A stretch of DNA of 24,000 nucleotides, from the NCBI GenBank assembly GCA_020860245.1, contig JAJBUQ010000008.1, positions 335,101 to 359,100 on the forward strand, read 5' to 3'. How positions within the stretch are numbered: position 1 is the stretch's first letter; each line of letters starts with the position of its first letter. The translations under genes were made by a program, and so were the position numbers. This document shows positions 7,363 to 16,710 of this stretch, piece by piece. This DNA is from Rikenellaceae bacterium (lineage in GTDB: Bacteria > Bacteroidota > Bacteroidia > Bacteroidales > Rikenellaceae). The notes under the pieces were generated by a model. That model did no database searches. It had not been told where the DNA came from and saw only the letters and a program-made list of their open reading frames with translations.

Positions 7363-9510
7363 ATGCTGGAGCAATTGTCACAACCCCTGCCTCTGGAGAA
7401 TCCGATACTAATCTTCTCCCTGATACTCTTTATTATACTATTGGCTCCTATTATATTCCACATGTTCAAGATACCGGACCTCGTAGGGCTTATAATCGCA
7501 GGAGCCATCATAGGCCCCAACGGACTCGACATTCTCGAACGCGACAGCAGCATAGTGCTCTTCGGAACGGTGGGGCTGCTGTATCTTATGTTCGTTGCAG
7601 GGCTGGAAATAAATATGTCCGATTTCAAGAAAAACGGAAAAAAGGGACTTTTGTTCGGTTTTTTTACATTCAGCATACCTATGACGCTCGGAGGATTATC
7701 GGGTTATTATATTCTCGGATTCTCCATTCCTACTTCTATTCTTCTTGCAAGTATGTACGCGTCGCATACGCTTATAACATATCCGATAATAAGCAAATAC
7801 GGCATTACTAAAAACAGAGCGGTTACCGTAACTATTTCCGGAACAGTCATAACGGATATTCTCGCGCTTCTGGTTCTTGCCGTCATCGTGGGAATGGAGA
7901 CCGGTGAACTGTCTAATTTTTTCTGGATTAAACTCACCATCTCTACGATAGTGTTCGGTACGATAGTAATTTACGGATTCCCCTATCTGGTACGGTGGTT
8001 CTTTAAGAAGATAGACGACAGCGTAAGTAAATATATATTCGTCGTTGCTCTGGTATTCCTTGCAGCGTTTTTATCGGAACTTGCAGGATTAGAGGGCATC
8101 GTCGGAGCGTTCCTTGCAGGATTGTCGCTTAACAGGCTCATCCCAAACACCTCCGCCCTTCTTAACAGGATAGAGTTCGTCGGCAACACCCTGTTTATTC
8201 CGTTCTTCCTTATTGGTGTGGGTATGCTCATAGATTATAGGGTTTTTATAAGCGATTGGACTACAATATATGTCGCTGTAACAATGACCATAATTGCGAC
8301 CGTTTCGAAATATTCGGCTGCATGGCTTGCGCAACAGTCTTTTAGGTTCTCTAAGGACGAGAGACTTCTTATATTCGGATTAAGTAATTCACAGGCGGCG
8401 GCCACCCTTGCTGCGGTTCTGGTCGGTTATCAGGTGATAATAGGAATTACTCCGGAAGGAGAGCCTGTAAGACTTTTAAGCGACAGCATACTGAACGGAA
8501 CGATAATAATGATACTTTTTACTTGTATTATTGCTCCTTTTGCTACACAAAAAGCTTCTCAGAATATCGCCGTATCCGAGATAACGGAAGAAGAACTGGT
8601 AAATAACGAAGATATTCGGGATCGCGTTCTTGTGGCTATCCACAATCCGGAGAATATAGAAGAAATGATAAATCTTGCGGTTACGGTGAAATCGAAAAAG
8701 GCAAATGCCTCTATAACAGCTCTAAACGTGATACCGTCTGAAAATCATGACGCAGGGACCGAGAAAAAATCCAAAACACTTCTCGAAAAGGCTGCAAAAG
8801 TAGCTTCAGGCAGCGATAACCGCCTCGATACCATAATGAGATATGACGAAGATCCCGCAAACGGTATAAAAAATGCGGTAAAAGAACATAAAATCACCAA
8901 CGTTATTCTGGGAATACGCAAACATTCGGATATTATCCCTTCCTTCCTCGGAACGCTAACCGATAAGGTGCTCTCTAAATGTGCTACTACCACCATGATA
9001 TACCGTCCATATCAACCTTTATCGACGGTTAAACGCTACATGGTAGTGATCCCGCCGGACGCTGAGAAAGAAATAGGCTTCCCTTACTGGCTTATAAGGC
9101 TTTGGAATATAGGGAAGAATACCGGAAGTAAGATTCTTTTTTACGCCAATTCCACGATGATCAGTATCCTCAAAGAGGTTCAAAACAAGCAGTATATAGA
9201 TGCGGACTATATTGAATTCGGTGAATGGGAGGACTTCCTTATTATCTCGCGCGATATCAAAGACAACGATGCGCTTATAATAATTATGAGCCGCAGGACT
9301 TATCCTTCTTACACACGGAATATGAATCAGGTGCCCTCTTATTTAAGTAAATATTTCAATAAAAATAATTACATTCTGATATTCCCCGTTCAGTTGGGTA
9401 TTGGTGAACAGGATTCCGACGTTCTTAAAAGCATTCCGCATACCGATGCCAACGACGGATTCGAAGAACTCGCAAACGTGATGGCAGGACTATTCCGCAG
9501 GCTTAAATAA
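7363..9510 (+). CDS. cation:proton antiporter (CPA2/Kef-type Na_H_Exchanger domain) with C-terminal Usp-like cytoplasmic region
   Basis: 715 aa, about 12 predicted TM helices (ILIFSLILFIILLAPIIFHMFKIPDLVGLIIAGAIIGPNGL.. is a typical CPA2 N-terminus). A soluble C-terminal half follows (RVLVAIHNPENIEEMINLAVTV.. is Usp-like). ATG start, TAA stop. Confidence 0.85.
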   Translation: MLEQLSQPLPLENPILIFSLILFIILLAPIIFHMFKIPDLVGLIIAGAIIGPNGLDILERDSSIVLFGTVGLLYLMFVAGLEINMSDFKKNGKKGLLFGFFTFSIPMTLGGLSGYYILGFSIPTSILLASMYASHTLITYPIISKYGITKNRAVTVTISGTVITDILALLVLAVIVGMETGELSNFFWIKLTISTIVFGTIVIYGFPYLVRWFFKKIDDSVSKYIFVVALVFLAAFLSELAGLEGIVGAFLAGLSLNRLIPNTSALLNRIEFVGNTLFIPFFLIGVGMLIDYRVFISDWTTIYVAVTMTIIATVSKYSAAWLAQQSFRFSKDERLLIFGLSNSQAAATLAAVLVGYQVIIGITPEGEPVRLLSDSILNGTIIMILFTCIIAPFATQKASQNIAVSEITEEELVNNEDIRDRVLVAIHNPENIEEMINLAVTVKSKKANASITALNVIPSENHDAGTEKKSKTLLEKAAKVASGSDNRLDTIMRYDEDPANGIKNAVKEHKITNVILGIRKHSDIIPSFLGTLTDKVLSKCATTTMIYRPYQPLSTVKRYMVVIPPDAEKEIGFPYWLIRLWNIGKNTGSKILFYANSTMISILKEVQNKQYIDADYIEFGEWEDFLIISRDIKDNDALIIIMSRRTYPSYTRNMNQVPSYLSKYFNKNNYILIFPVQLGIGEQDSDVLKSIPHTDANDGFEELANVMAGLFRRLK

Positions 9511-9536
9511 GTATGGATAGATTTGGTTCCTGCATT

Positions 9537-10184
9537 CTACAAAATAATTTCGTGTTCCCTCTTCTCTGCGAACATTCGGTAAAATGCATCGGAGGTACGT
9601 TCCGGTGTTAAATTCTTACCTTCAGCCACCGGTTCGGTTATGGTAACGGTTCCTATAAATATTCCCGTCCCATGAAATTCATAGGCGAGATTAAGCGCGT
9701 AATTTCGTAGCGCTGCTTTACCCAGCGACATGGAGGCAGACACAGGAGACGGATTTAATGCCACTCCTCCGCCTGTAAATATTACTGCCCCGTATCCCTG
9801 TTTTTTATACATTTTTATTATTCTGTTAAAACAGGATACTCCTCCGCAGACATTAATTCCGAAGTCTGCATATATGTCTTCAACAGTCAACTCCGAAGGA
9901 CTACCTACTCGCCTGGCAACCGCATTGTATATCAAGAGTTCTATAACTTTTCCTCCTCTTTCGAGGCTGTCGAATACCGCGTCCACGGAATGCGGATCGG
10001 ATACGTCAATATGAATATATTCTGCGGTAATTCCTTTAAGAGACAGAGCGTCCGCCTGTTGTCTGAGAGTCTCTGGAGCGCGCCCTGCAAGTATTATATC
10101 GAATCCGTAACGTCCGAATTTTTCAGCTATATGGACACCGAAAGTTTTTCCAGGTCCTATTATGATTATCGAAGGATTTTTCAT
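9537..10184 (-). CDS. short-chain dehydrogenase/reductase-fold protein, atypical
   Basis: I prefer the ATG at 10184 (MKNPSIIIIGPGKTFGVHIAEKF..) over the track's TTG at 10202. It has a Rossmann GxGxxxG-like motif and an NAV motif. By manual alignment the YxxxK active-site region reads MSLGK, so the catalytic Tyr may be absent. Ends with TAG, 26 nt from the convergent antiporter gene. Confidence 0.75.
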   Translation of the reverse strand: MKNPSIIIIGPGKTFGVHIAEKFGRYGFDIILAGRAPETLRQQADALSLKGITAEYIHIDVSDPHSVDAVFDSLERGGKVIELLIYNAVARRVGSPSELTVEDIYADFGINVCGGVSCFNRIIKMYKKQGYGAVIFTGGGVALNPSPVSASMSLGKAALRNYALNLAYEFHGTGIFIGTVTITEPVAEGKNLTPERTSDAFYRMFAEKREHEIIL

Positions 10185-10220
10185 ATATTTAAAATATGGC
10201 AATTATAGTCATAATATTGT

Positions 10221-10252
10221 TAAAGATAAAAGAGGAAGATTAATCCTCCTCT
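10221..10252 (-). terminator. intrinsic terminator/attenuator hairpin in the SDR leader
   Basis: On the minus strand: AGAGGAGGA-UUAA-UCUUCCUCU, 9 bp including one G-U pair. That pair would be an A-C mismatch on the plus strand, which favours the minus orientation. It is followed by UUUAUCUUUA and ends 36 nt upstream of the ATG at 10184. Confidence 0.6.
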
Positions 10253-10286
10253 TTGGAGATTACTCTCCTATAATAGACAATTATAA

Positions 10287-10428
10287 AGGGGCTGTGGCTT
10301 CTTGGAAATACTAATACTAAAAGGCATGTACTCCAATCCGTTCCGAACAGGTTTGCGACGACCTCAAGGTAGACAGACAGAGTCCATGCCTTTTAAAGCA
10401 CAGACCCCTAACCTGACTTCCTACCTTG
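10287..10428 (-). ncRNA. candidate structured cis-regulatory RNA (riboswitch-like leader) or small RNA, family not recognised
   Basis: Nested helices found by eye. Outer helix: 10287-10296 with 10399-10409, 10 bp with one bulge. Inner helix: 10319-10332 with 10381-10394, 13 of 14 bp. An 8-bp pseudoknot-type pairing joins 10365-10372 (inside the inner loop) to 10421-10428. A promoter lies upstream and a terminator downstream on the minus strand. Confidence 0.45.
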
Positions 10429-10496
10429 TTATCCATTGTCGCAATTAATTCGGAAATGTAGGTGTTCCGGGTATCATAATATATTCTATAATGATG

Positions 10497-10529
10497 CAAA
10501 TATAGTCAATAACCGGGAAATTTAACAAA
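10497..10529 (-). promoter_or_regulatory. Bacteroidetes-type promoter (TTTG-N21-TATATTTG) driving the SDR leader
   Basis: Minus strand: TTTG (10529-10526), a 21-nt spacer, then TATATTTG (10504-10497). It sits just downstream of the terminator of the preceding minus-strand gene. Confidence 0.6.
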
Positions 10530-10560
10530 GTATTGTAATTATATTTAAAGGCCTGTGTAT

Positions 10561-10583
10561 AAAAAAAGCGGTCCGGGGACCGC
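10561..10583 (-). terminator. intrinsic terminator of the DUF937-OmpA gene
   Basis: Minus strand: GCGGTC-CCCG-GACCGC followed by TTTTTTT (10567-10561), 24 nt after the TAA stop at 10607-10609. Confidence 0.85.
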
Positions 10584-10606
10584 CTTTATCGATCGGTAAG
10601 ATCTTA

Positions 10607-11844
10607 TTATTTCATAAAACGGAATGCGATATCCCTGTCCTTTGCTCTGTCGTCGTCAGACGCGTTAGCACTGCGTGTGGCTTTCTCTTCGCCGAATCCT
10701 TCGGTAGTGATGCGGTTGGAAGCGACCCCTGCTTTTACAAGAAGAGATTTTATGTAATTAGCGCGTTGTTCCGATAATTCCATATTCGCGTCTTCACTGC
10801 CCACTTTATCTGCATAACCTGCGATCCTTATTTTAGCATTATCATAGCTCTTAAGGATTGCTGCGATATTGTTAATAGCGCGTTGTGATTCATCGTCACG
10901 GAATTCGTTTGCGCTGCCGAATACGAAATTGATATCTTCGAATTCAAACCATCTACTCTTCAGATCGTTATCCGATGCATTCTTGTAATCGTTAGAATTT
11001 AAATACCTTACCATTTTATCTATCTCGCCATTCTTGTAAACGACGATGCGCTGTCCGTCCGATAAAGTAAGGTGAGTCGTATCGCGGTCTCTGTCACCGA
11101 GCCTATCCGCAGCGCGGGAGGTCTCGTTCCTTACAGTATCGACTACCTGAGAAGTACGTGTCTCATATCTGTCCTCAATTACCGGACGCTCGGTCTTACG
11201 GCATGATCTCCACCAGAATATGAGAAGGAGTAAAAGGAGAATTATGATAAGCCACGTGATCCAGCTGTTGTTCTTTTTCTTGTTGTCCGTTGTTTTAACA
11301 TTATCGTACTTCTTATTGTCCGCGATATTATTCAGACCGAAAGAATTTTTAAGCCCTGACGGCATATCGGATAGTATGCTGCTTCTCTCTTTGTTGAGCT
11401 CTCCCATAAGATCCGCCATGCTCCACTTCTCTTTTACGAGCTTATTTCCTAAAAATCCTGCGACAACAGGGCCTAACATAGATACGAGCCTGTTCGTAGC
11501 TACTTTTGAAACTCCTGGATCCGACGATACGGCAGAGGTAAAATCTGCTGCCTTGTTTCCGAGAAGATTCTCAAGGAACTGATCGCCGATGTTCTGCTGT
11601 TCCTTGTGGGGATTATCGCAGAAAATACCGTTCATATTCGAGAGAATGTTCTGATTGCCTGCCTCCTCGAGAATGTTTTTCATCTGCATCGTGTTGCCTT
11701 TTTCATAAAAACACCGAGAAGTCCCGGGATTATGGATTTTACGGCCGATGACACTTTAGATTCGTTTTCGTCTACCAGTGAAGCTGCTTTGGAAACCATT
11801 TCACGGTTTACAGTAGCTTTAAGTGAATCGTAAATTTTCGACAT
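10607..11844 (-). pseudogene. DUF937 / TM / OmpA_C-like domain envelope protein with a frameshift at an A5G run (11699-11703)
   Basis: The ATG at 11844 gives MSKIYDSLKATVNREMVSKAASLVDENESKVSSAVKSIIPGLLGVFMKK, then ATRCR*. This is a DUF937-type N-terminus. The track ORF 10607..11689 continues in the -1 frame. One extra A would give ..GVFMKKGNTMQMKNILEEAGN... The C-terminus has the OmpA-like region ..IAGYADKVGSEDANMELSEQRANYIKSLLVKAGV.. Confidence 0.75.
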
Positions 11845-12023
11845 AATGATCTTGTATTAAATTTTAAATTAAGTTCTTTCTGTAACCATCTATGCAAATA
11901 CCATACAAATAATTTTTCCGCTAATTTATCCGACTGATCTAAAAATTAACTTAACGTGTGTTTAATAAGAAAAAAAGCCTTATATTTATATGATAGTTAA
12001 AAGAGAATTAAAAAGAACACTTT

Positions 12024-15000
12024 ATGTCCACCAACACGAAGATTAAAAAAGCTATTGTACTCGGTTCCGGAGCCTTAAAAATAGGGCAGGCCGGAGATTC
12101 GATTATTCCGGATCGCAGGCGCTTAAGGCTTTGAAGGAGGAGGGTATTTATACCATACTCATTAACCCTAACATTGCAACTATTCAGACATCCGAAGGTA
12201 TTGCGGACAAGGTATACTTCCTTCCCGTAACACCATATTTTGTAGAGGAAATAATAAAAAAAGAGAAACCCGAAGGTATTCTGCTTGCATTCGGAGGGCA
12301 GACCGCACTAAACTGCGGTACCGAGATGTATCTTAGCGGAACTCTACGGAAGTACGGAGTCGAGGTTATGGGTACCTCTGTGGAAGCAATAATGACCACT
12401 GAGGACAGAGATCTTTTCGTGAAAAAACTGGATGAGATCGCAGCCAAAACTCCGATAAGCCAGGCTGTAGAGACGATGGAAGACGCTATTGCCGCAGCAA
12501 ACAAGATAGGATTCCCGATAATGGTCCGCTCCGCTTATGCACTCGGAGGGCTCGGTAGCGGTATCTGTAACGACATGGAAGAGTTTAAGACTCTGTGTGA
12601 AAGTTCTTTTGCATATTCAAAACAGATACTCGTCGAAGAATCCCTCAAAGGCTGGAAGGAGATCGAATTCGAAGTTATCAGGGACAAGAACGACCATTGC
12701 TTTACAGTTGCCAGCATGGAGAACTTCGATCCACTCGGGATCCATACAGGAGAGAGTATCGTGGTCGCGCCTACATGTTCGCTCGACGATAAAGAATTGG
12801 CACTATTACAGGAACTATCGCGCAATATAATCCGCCATATAGGAATTGTAGGGGAATGTAATATTCAATACGCATTTAACTCCGAGACTGACGATTACAG
12901 GGTTATAGAAGTGAATGCGCGTCTGAGCCGTTCTTCCGCTCTCGCGTCCAAAGCGACAGGTTATCCGCTCGCGTTCGTCGCTGCTAAACTCGCACTGGGC
13001 TACACTCTCGATCAGATAGGCGAGATGGATACGCCGAATTCAGCATACAAGGCTCCGGAGCTGGATTACCTTATATGTAAAATCCCGCGTTGGGACCTCA
13101 GCAAATTCGCAGGAGTGTCGCGGCTTATCGGATCGAGCATGAAGTCCGTAGGAGAGATAATGTCCATAGGGAAGTCCTTCGAAGAGATCATACAGAAGGG
13201 GCTCCGAATGATAGGGCGGGGGATGCACGGTTTTGTTGGCAACCACGAACTCGAATTCGACGATATCGAAAAGGAATTGTCATGCCCGACAGATATGAGA
13301 GTTTTCGCGATTGCCAAAGCATTCGGGGAGGGTTATACGATCGAAAGAATACACGAACGTACCAAGATAGACCCATGGTTCCTTGGTAAGTTGAAAAACA
13401 TATACGACTATTCTCTAAAACTGGGAACTTACGAAAATATTGAAAAGATACCTGCCGATGTACTCATGGAGGCTAAAAGACTCGGATTCTCCGACTTCCA
13501 GATAGCGAGGTTCGTAGAAAATCCTGACGGTAACGTAGAAAAGGAGTCGTTACGCGTTCGCTCCGTAAGGAAAAAAGCCGGAGTTCTTCCGACCGTTAAG
13601 AGAATAAATACAGTGGCCTCCGATAACCCCGATCTCACGAACTACTTCTATATGACTTACGATGGTGGTGAGAACCAGGTTCCGTACTTCCAGAATGAAA
13701 AATCCGTTGTCGTTCTGGGCTCGGGAGCTTACCGGATCGGAAGCTCGGTGGAGTTCGACTGGTGTTCGGTAAATGCTGTTCAGACAGCACGTAAGTTGGG
13801 ATACAAGTCGATAATGATCAATTATAATCCTGAGACCGTATCTACCGATTACGATATGTGCGACAGACTCTACTTCGACGAACTCTCGTTCGAACGCGTA
13901 CTCGATGTTCTCGATCTTGAGAAACCTAAAGGGGTGATAGTATCGGTAGGCGGACAGATTCCGAATAATCTTGCCATAAGACTGTACCGACAGGATATTC
14001 CTATTCTCGGAACATCTCCGGTGTCTATCGACAGGGCGGAGAACAGACATAAATTCTCCAGCATGCTCGATCAACTCGGTATCGACCAACCTGCATGGAA
14101 GGAGCTTACCGATATGAACGATATATACGGATTTGTGGACAAAGTCGGTTATCCGGTACTCGTAAGACCGTCGTACGTGCTATCCGGAGCTGCAATGAAC
14201 GTGTGCTACAATAAGGAAGAACTCGAAACCTTCCTGAAACTCGCGGCAAACGTGTCGAAAGAATTCCCTGTGGTAGTATCCCAGTTCCTTCAGAATGCAA
14301 AGGAAGTGGAATTCGATGCCGTAGCCATGAATGGAGAGATAATCGAATATGCGATCTCGGAACACATTGAATTCGCGGGAGTTCATTCCGGCGATGCCAC
14401 CCTGGTATTCCCTGCACAGAAAATTTATAACGAGACTGCAAGGCGCATCAAAAAAATCAGCCGCAAGATCGCTCAGGAATTGAATATCAGCGGACCGTTC
14501 AACATTCAGTTTCTGGCCAAGAATAACGACGTCAAGGTCATCGAATGCAATCTCCGCGCTTCGAGAAGCTTCCCGTTCGTATCCAAAGTACTCAAACGAA
14601 ATTTTATAGAGACTGCGACGAGAATAATGTTGGACGCCCCTGTCGAGAAACCGGACGCATCCGCATACGATGTGGATTGGATCGGCGTCAAGGCATCACA
14701 GTTCTCGTTCTCCCGTCTGCACAACGCTGATCCCGTCCTGAGCGTGGATATGTCCTCGACAGGAGAGGTCGGATGTATAGGAGACGATTTTAGCGAAGCC
14801 CTCCTGACTTCGATGCTATCGGTTGGTTACAATATTCCGGAGAAGAGCGTTATGGTCTCTTCCGGAGACCCTAAATCCAAGGTTGATCTTCTTGAACCCT
14901 GCAAGATGCTGATGGAGAGCGGTTATAAAATATATGCGACCGCAGGAACACAAAAATTCCTCGACGATAACGGTGTCGAAGCCATGGTGGTCGGATAGCC

Positions 15001-15244
15001 GGACGAGGAGACCGAACATAACATTATGGATATGATATCTAACCATGAATTCGATCTTATAGTGAATATTCCGAAGAACCACACCCGCCGCGAGCTTACC
15101 AACGGTTATAAGATACGAAGGGGGGCTATCGACCACAATATTCCGCTTATTACCAACGCACGCCTTGCAAGCGCGTTTATCGAATCGTTCTGTGATATTA
15201 AAATGATTGATATTCCGATCAAGAGCTGGCAGGAATACATTTAA
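12024..15244 (+). pseudogene. carB: carbamoyl-phosphate synthase large subunit, disrupted twice (1-nt deletion near 12097; in-frame TAG at 14996-14998)
   Basis: The ATG at 12024 gives MSTNTKIKKAIVLGSGALKIGQAG, then shifts. The conserved continuation EFDYSGSQALKALKEEG.. is in the frame of track ORF 12131..14998 (ggagattc where ggagaattc is expected). Track ORF 15026..15244 is in that same frame after ..EAMVVG*PDEETEHNIMDMISNHEFDLIVNIPKN... The repaired length of about 1073 aa is typical of CarB. Confidence 0.9.
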
Positions 15245-15266
15245 CCGATATTCAATATTATTAAGT

Positions 15267-15306
15267 ACCCACACCGGAAATTTACTTGTGTGGGTTCTTT
15301 TTTATT
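15267..15306 (+). terminator. intrinsic terminator after carB
   Basis: 8-bp stem acccacac/gtgtgggt (15267-15274 / 15288-15295) with a 13-nt loop, followed by tcttttttatt. Confidence 0.8.
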
Positions 15307-15389
15307 ATATAAAATGTAAATATTATACTTTTTACAATAAACTGTATGCTGGCGTTGTTTATATTTAACGATATTATTCGAATCAAGTA

Positions 15390-16184
15390 ATGGAAAAATT
15401 TCAAATAATTAAACCCTCTGCGATTCTTGCTCCCTACATCAAAAATTATTGGATTTTAAAAACGGAAGGAATTTTACCCCGGAATATACGTACATTCCCC
15501 ACGGGTAATGTCTCACTTATGTTCCATCGCGGTGCGCGGATTTTTTCACATTCCGGCAGCAGGCTTCAGCCCCGTACGTACGTATGCGGACAGGAGAAAA
15601 CTTTTAACGAACTGATATATGCGGGTTCGGTGGATATGATTGCTGTTGTCTTCAATCCAGCAGGGGCTAAATTATTTTTAAAAGTACCTCTAAACGAAAT
15701 AAGCGGAATGTGTGTCGATATTCACGATCTGGATAACTCCGGTTTGGTTGAACTTCAAACTTTCGTAGAGGATGCGGTATCGGATAAAGAGTGTATTGCC
15801 TCGATAGAATGTTTCTTGATCGAACGGATCAAAGACATGGAGAATCATAATGTGAATCGTATTAATTGCGCAATAGAATTAATCGTTAAAAATGAAACGG
15901 ATATCGATTCCGTTGCGCATACCGTTTGTCTGAGCCCTAAACAATTCAATAGGATTTTTACCGGATTCGTAGGAACCAGACCGAAGGAATTCCAAAGGAT
16001 TATACGGTTTCAGCGAGCGTTGTTTCTGTTGCAAACCCGGCCTTATATTTCACTTACACAGATTGCATTCGATTGCGGTTATTACGATCAGGTGCACTTC
16101 ATAAAGGAGTTCAGACAGTTCTCCGGTTATACTCCTCTTCAATATACATCGCTCTGTCTCCCTTATTCCGATTATTTTTCATAA
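15390..16184 (+). CDS. AraC family transcriptional regulator
   Basis: C-terminal double HTH region ..LSPKQFNRIFTGFVGTRPKEFQRIIRFQRALFLL..ISLTQIAFDCGYYDQVHFIKEFRQFSGYTPLQY is typical of AraC/XylS. 264 aa. Confidence 0.85.
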   Translation: MEKFQIIKPSAILAPYIKNYWILKTEGILPRNIRTFPTGNVSLMFHRGARIFSHSGSRLQPRTYVCGQEKTFNELIYAGSVDMIAVVFNPAGAKLFLKVPLNEISGMCVDIHDLDNSGLVELQTFVEDAVSDKECIASIECFLIERIKDMENHNVNRINCAIELIVKNETDIDSVAHTVCLSPKQFNRIFTGFVGTRPKEFQRIIRFQRALFLLQTRPYISLTQIAFDCGYYDQVHFIKEFRQFSGYTPLQYTSLCLPYSDYFS

Positions 16185-16223
16185 TCTGATATCCGAATAT
16201 TTAGGAATGTCGTTTTTTTACAA

Positions 16224-16252
16224 TTTCCGCGTATCCGCTGCCTATAATTTTG
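16224..16252 (+). promoter_or_regulatory. candidate promoter for the VOC gene (TTTC-N17-TAATTTTG)
   Basis: TAATTTTG at 16245-16252 matches TAnnTTTG, 24 nt upstream of the ATG at 16276. The -33 element is imperfect (TTTC at 16224-16227, short spacer). Confidence 0.4.
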
Positions 16253-16275
16253 TACGGTAATTAAAACGTATTGAA

Positions 16276-16644
16276 ATGGAAAAATTGTTGGCATTCTTTG
16301 AGATTCCTGCAGGAGATTTTGAAAGAGCAGTGGATTTTTATGAAACGGTATTAGAACTTAAATTATCCGTAACGGAACGCGAGGCGGAAAAAATGGCCTT
16401 CTTCCCTGAAGAGAACGGGAAATATCCCGGAGCTATTTCTTTTACCAATGGATTTGAACCCTCAAAAGACGGAGTACTGATAAGTTTGCAGGTTAGAAGT
16501 ATGGAAGAGACGATTGCCCGAATCGAGACTTCCGGGGGGAGGATCGTAAAAAGTAAAACCAAAATCGAAGCAGAAGGCATGGGATTTTTTGCTCTATTCA
16601 GCGATTCTGAAGGTAACACGGTAGGACTGTACTCGGATAATTAA
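16276..16644 (+). CDS. VOC (glyoxalase/bleomycin-resistance/dioxygenase fold) family protein
   Basis: 122 aa. FEIPAGDFERAVDFYETVLELKL .. GGRIV..K..I.. GMGFFALFSDSEGNTVGLYS is the typical VOC beta-alpha-beta-beta-beta module pattern. Confidence 0.75.
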   Translation: MEKLLAFFEIPAGDFERAVDFYETVLELKLSVTEREAEKMAFFPEENGKYPGAISFTNGFEPSKDGVLISLQVRSMEETIARIETSGGRIVKSKTKIEAEGMGFFALFSDSEGNTVGLYSDN

Positions 16645-16660
16645 TTTGGGGATTCTCGTT

Positions 16661-16702
16661 AAAAAATAAATGGAGTAGTATATACTACTCCATTTATTTT
16701 TA
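16661..16702. terminator. bidirectional terminator between the convergent VOC and MBL genes
   Basis: Long hairpin aaataaatggagtagt-atat-actactccatttattt with a GC-containing core at 16671-16692. It has an A-run on one side and a T-run on the other. Confidence 0.8.
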
Positions 16703-16710
16703 TTCTTAGT

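Noticed and set aside
7278-7811. 177-codon ORF overlapping the start of the CPA2 antiporter gene in another frame
   Set aside because: It is Arg/Ser/Tyr-rich with no features. It overlaps a strongly supported membrane-protein frame. This is a shadow ORF.
10317-10499. 60-codon ORF on the minus strand inside the SDR leader
   Set aside because: Its TTG start lies inside the predicted -7 promoter box, so it would not be within the transcript. Its sequence is Cys/Arg/His-rich and low in coding character. The region is better explained by RNA structure.
10203-10606. Known housekeeping RNA (tmRNA, RNase P RNA, SRP/4.5S RNA, 6S RNA) in the 400-bp gap
   Set aside because: - I looked on both strands for GGAAAGTCC / ACAGAA-type RNase P cores and found none.
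- I found no SRP GGAAGCAGC helix-8 motif.
- For tmRNA I looked for a GGGGCTG 5' end with a matching tRNA-like 3' end and T-loop. The GGGGCTGTGG at 10288 has no T-arm partner.
- This was checked by eye only.
12184-15274. Numerous antisense and out-of-frame ORFs inside carB. Similar ones occur inside the antiporters, lipoprotein genes, MBL gene and tannase gene.
   Set aside because: All lie within well-supported conserved coding frames. They are short, Arg/Ser/Pro-rich, and typical of shadow ORFs opposite moderately GC-rich coding sequence.
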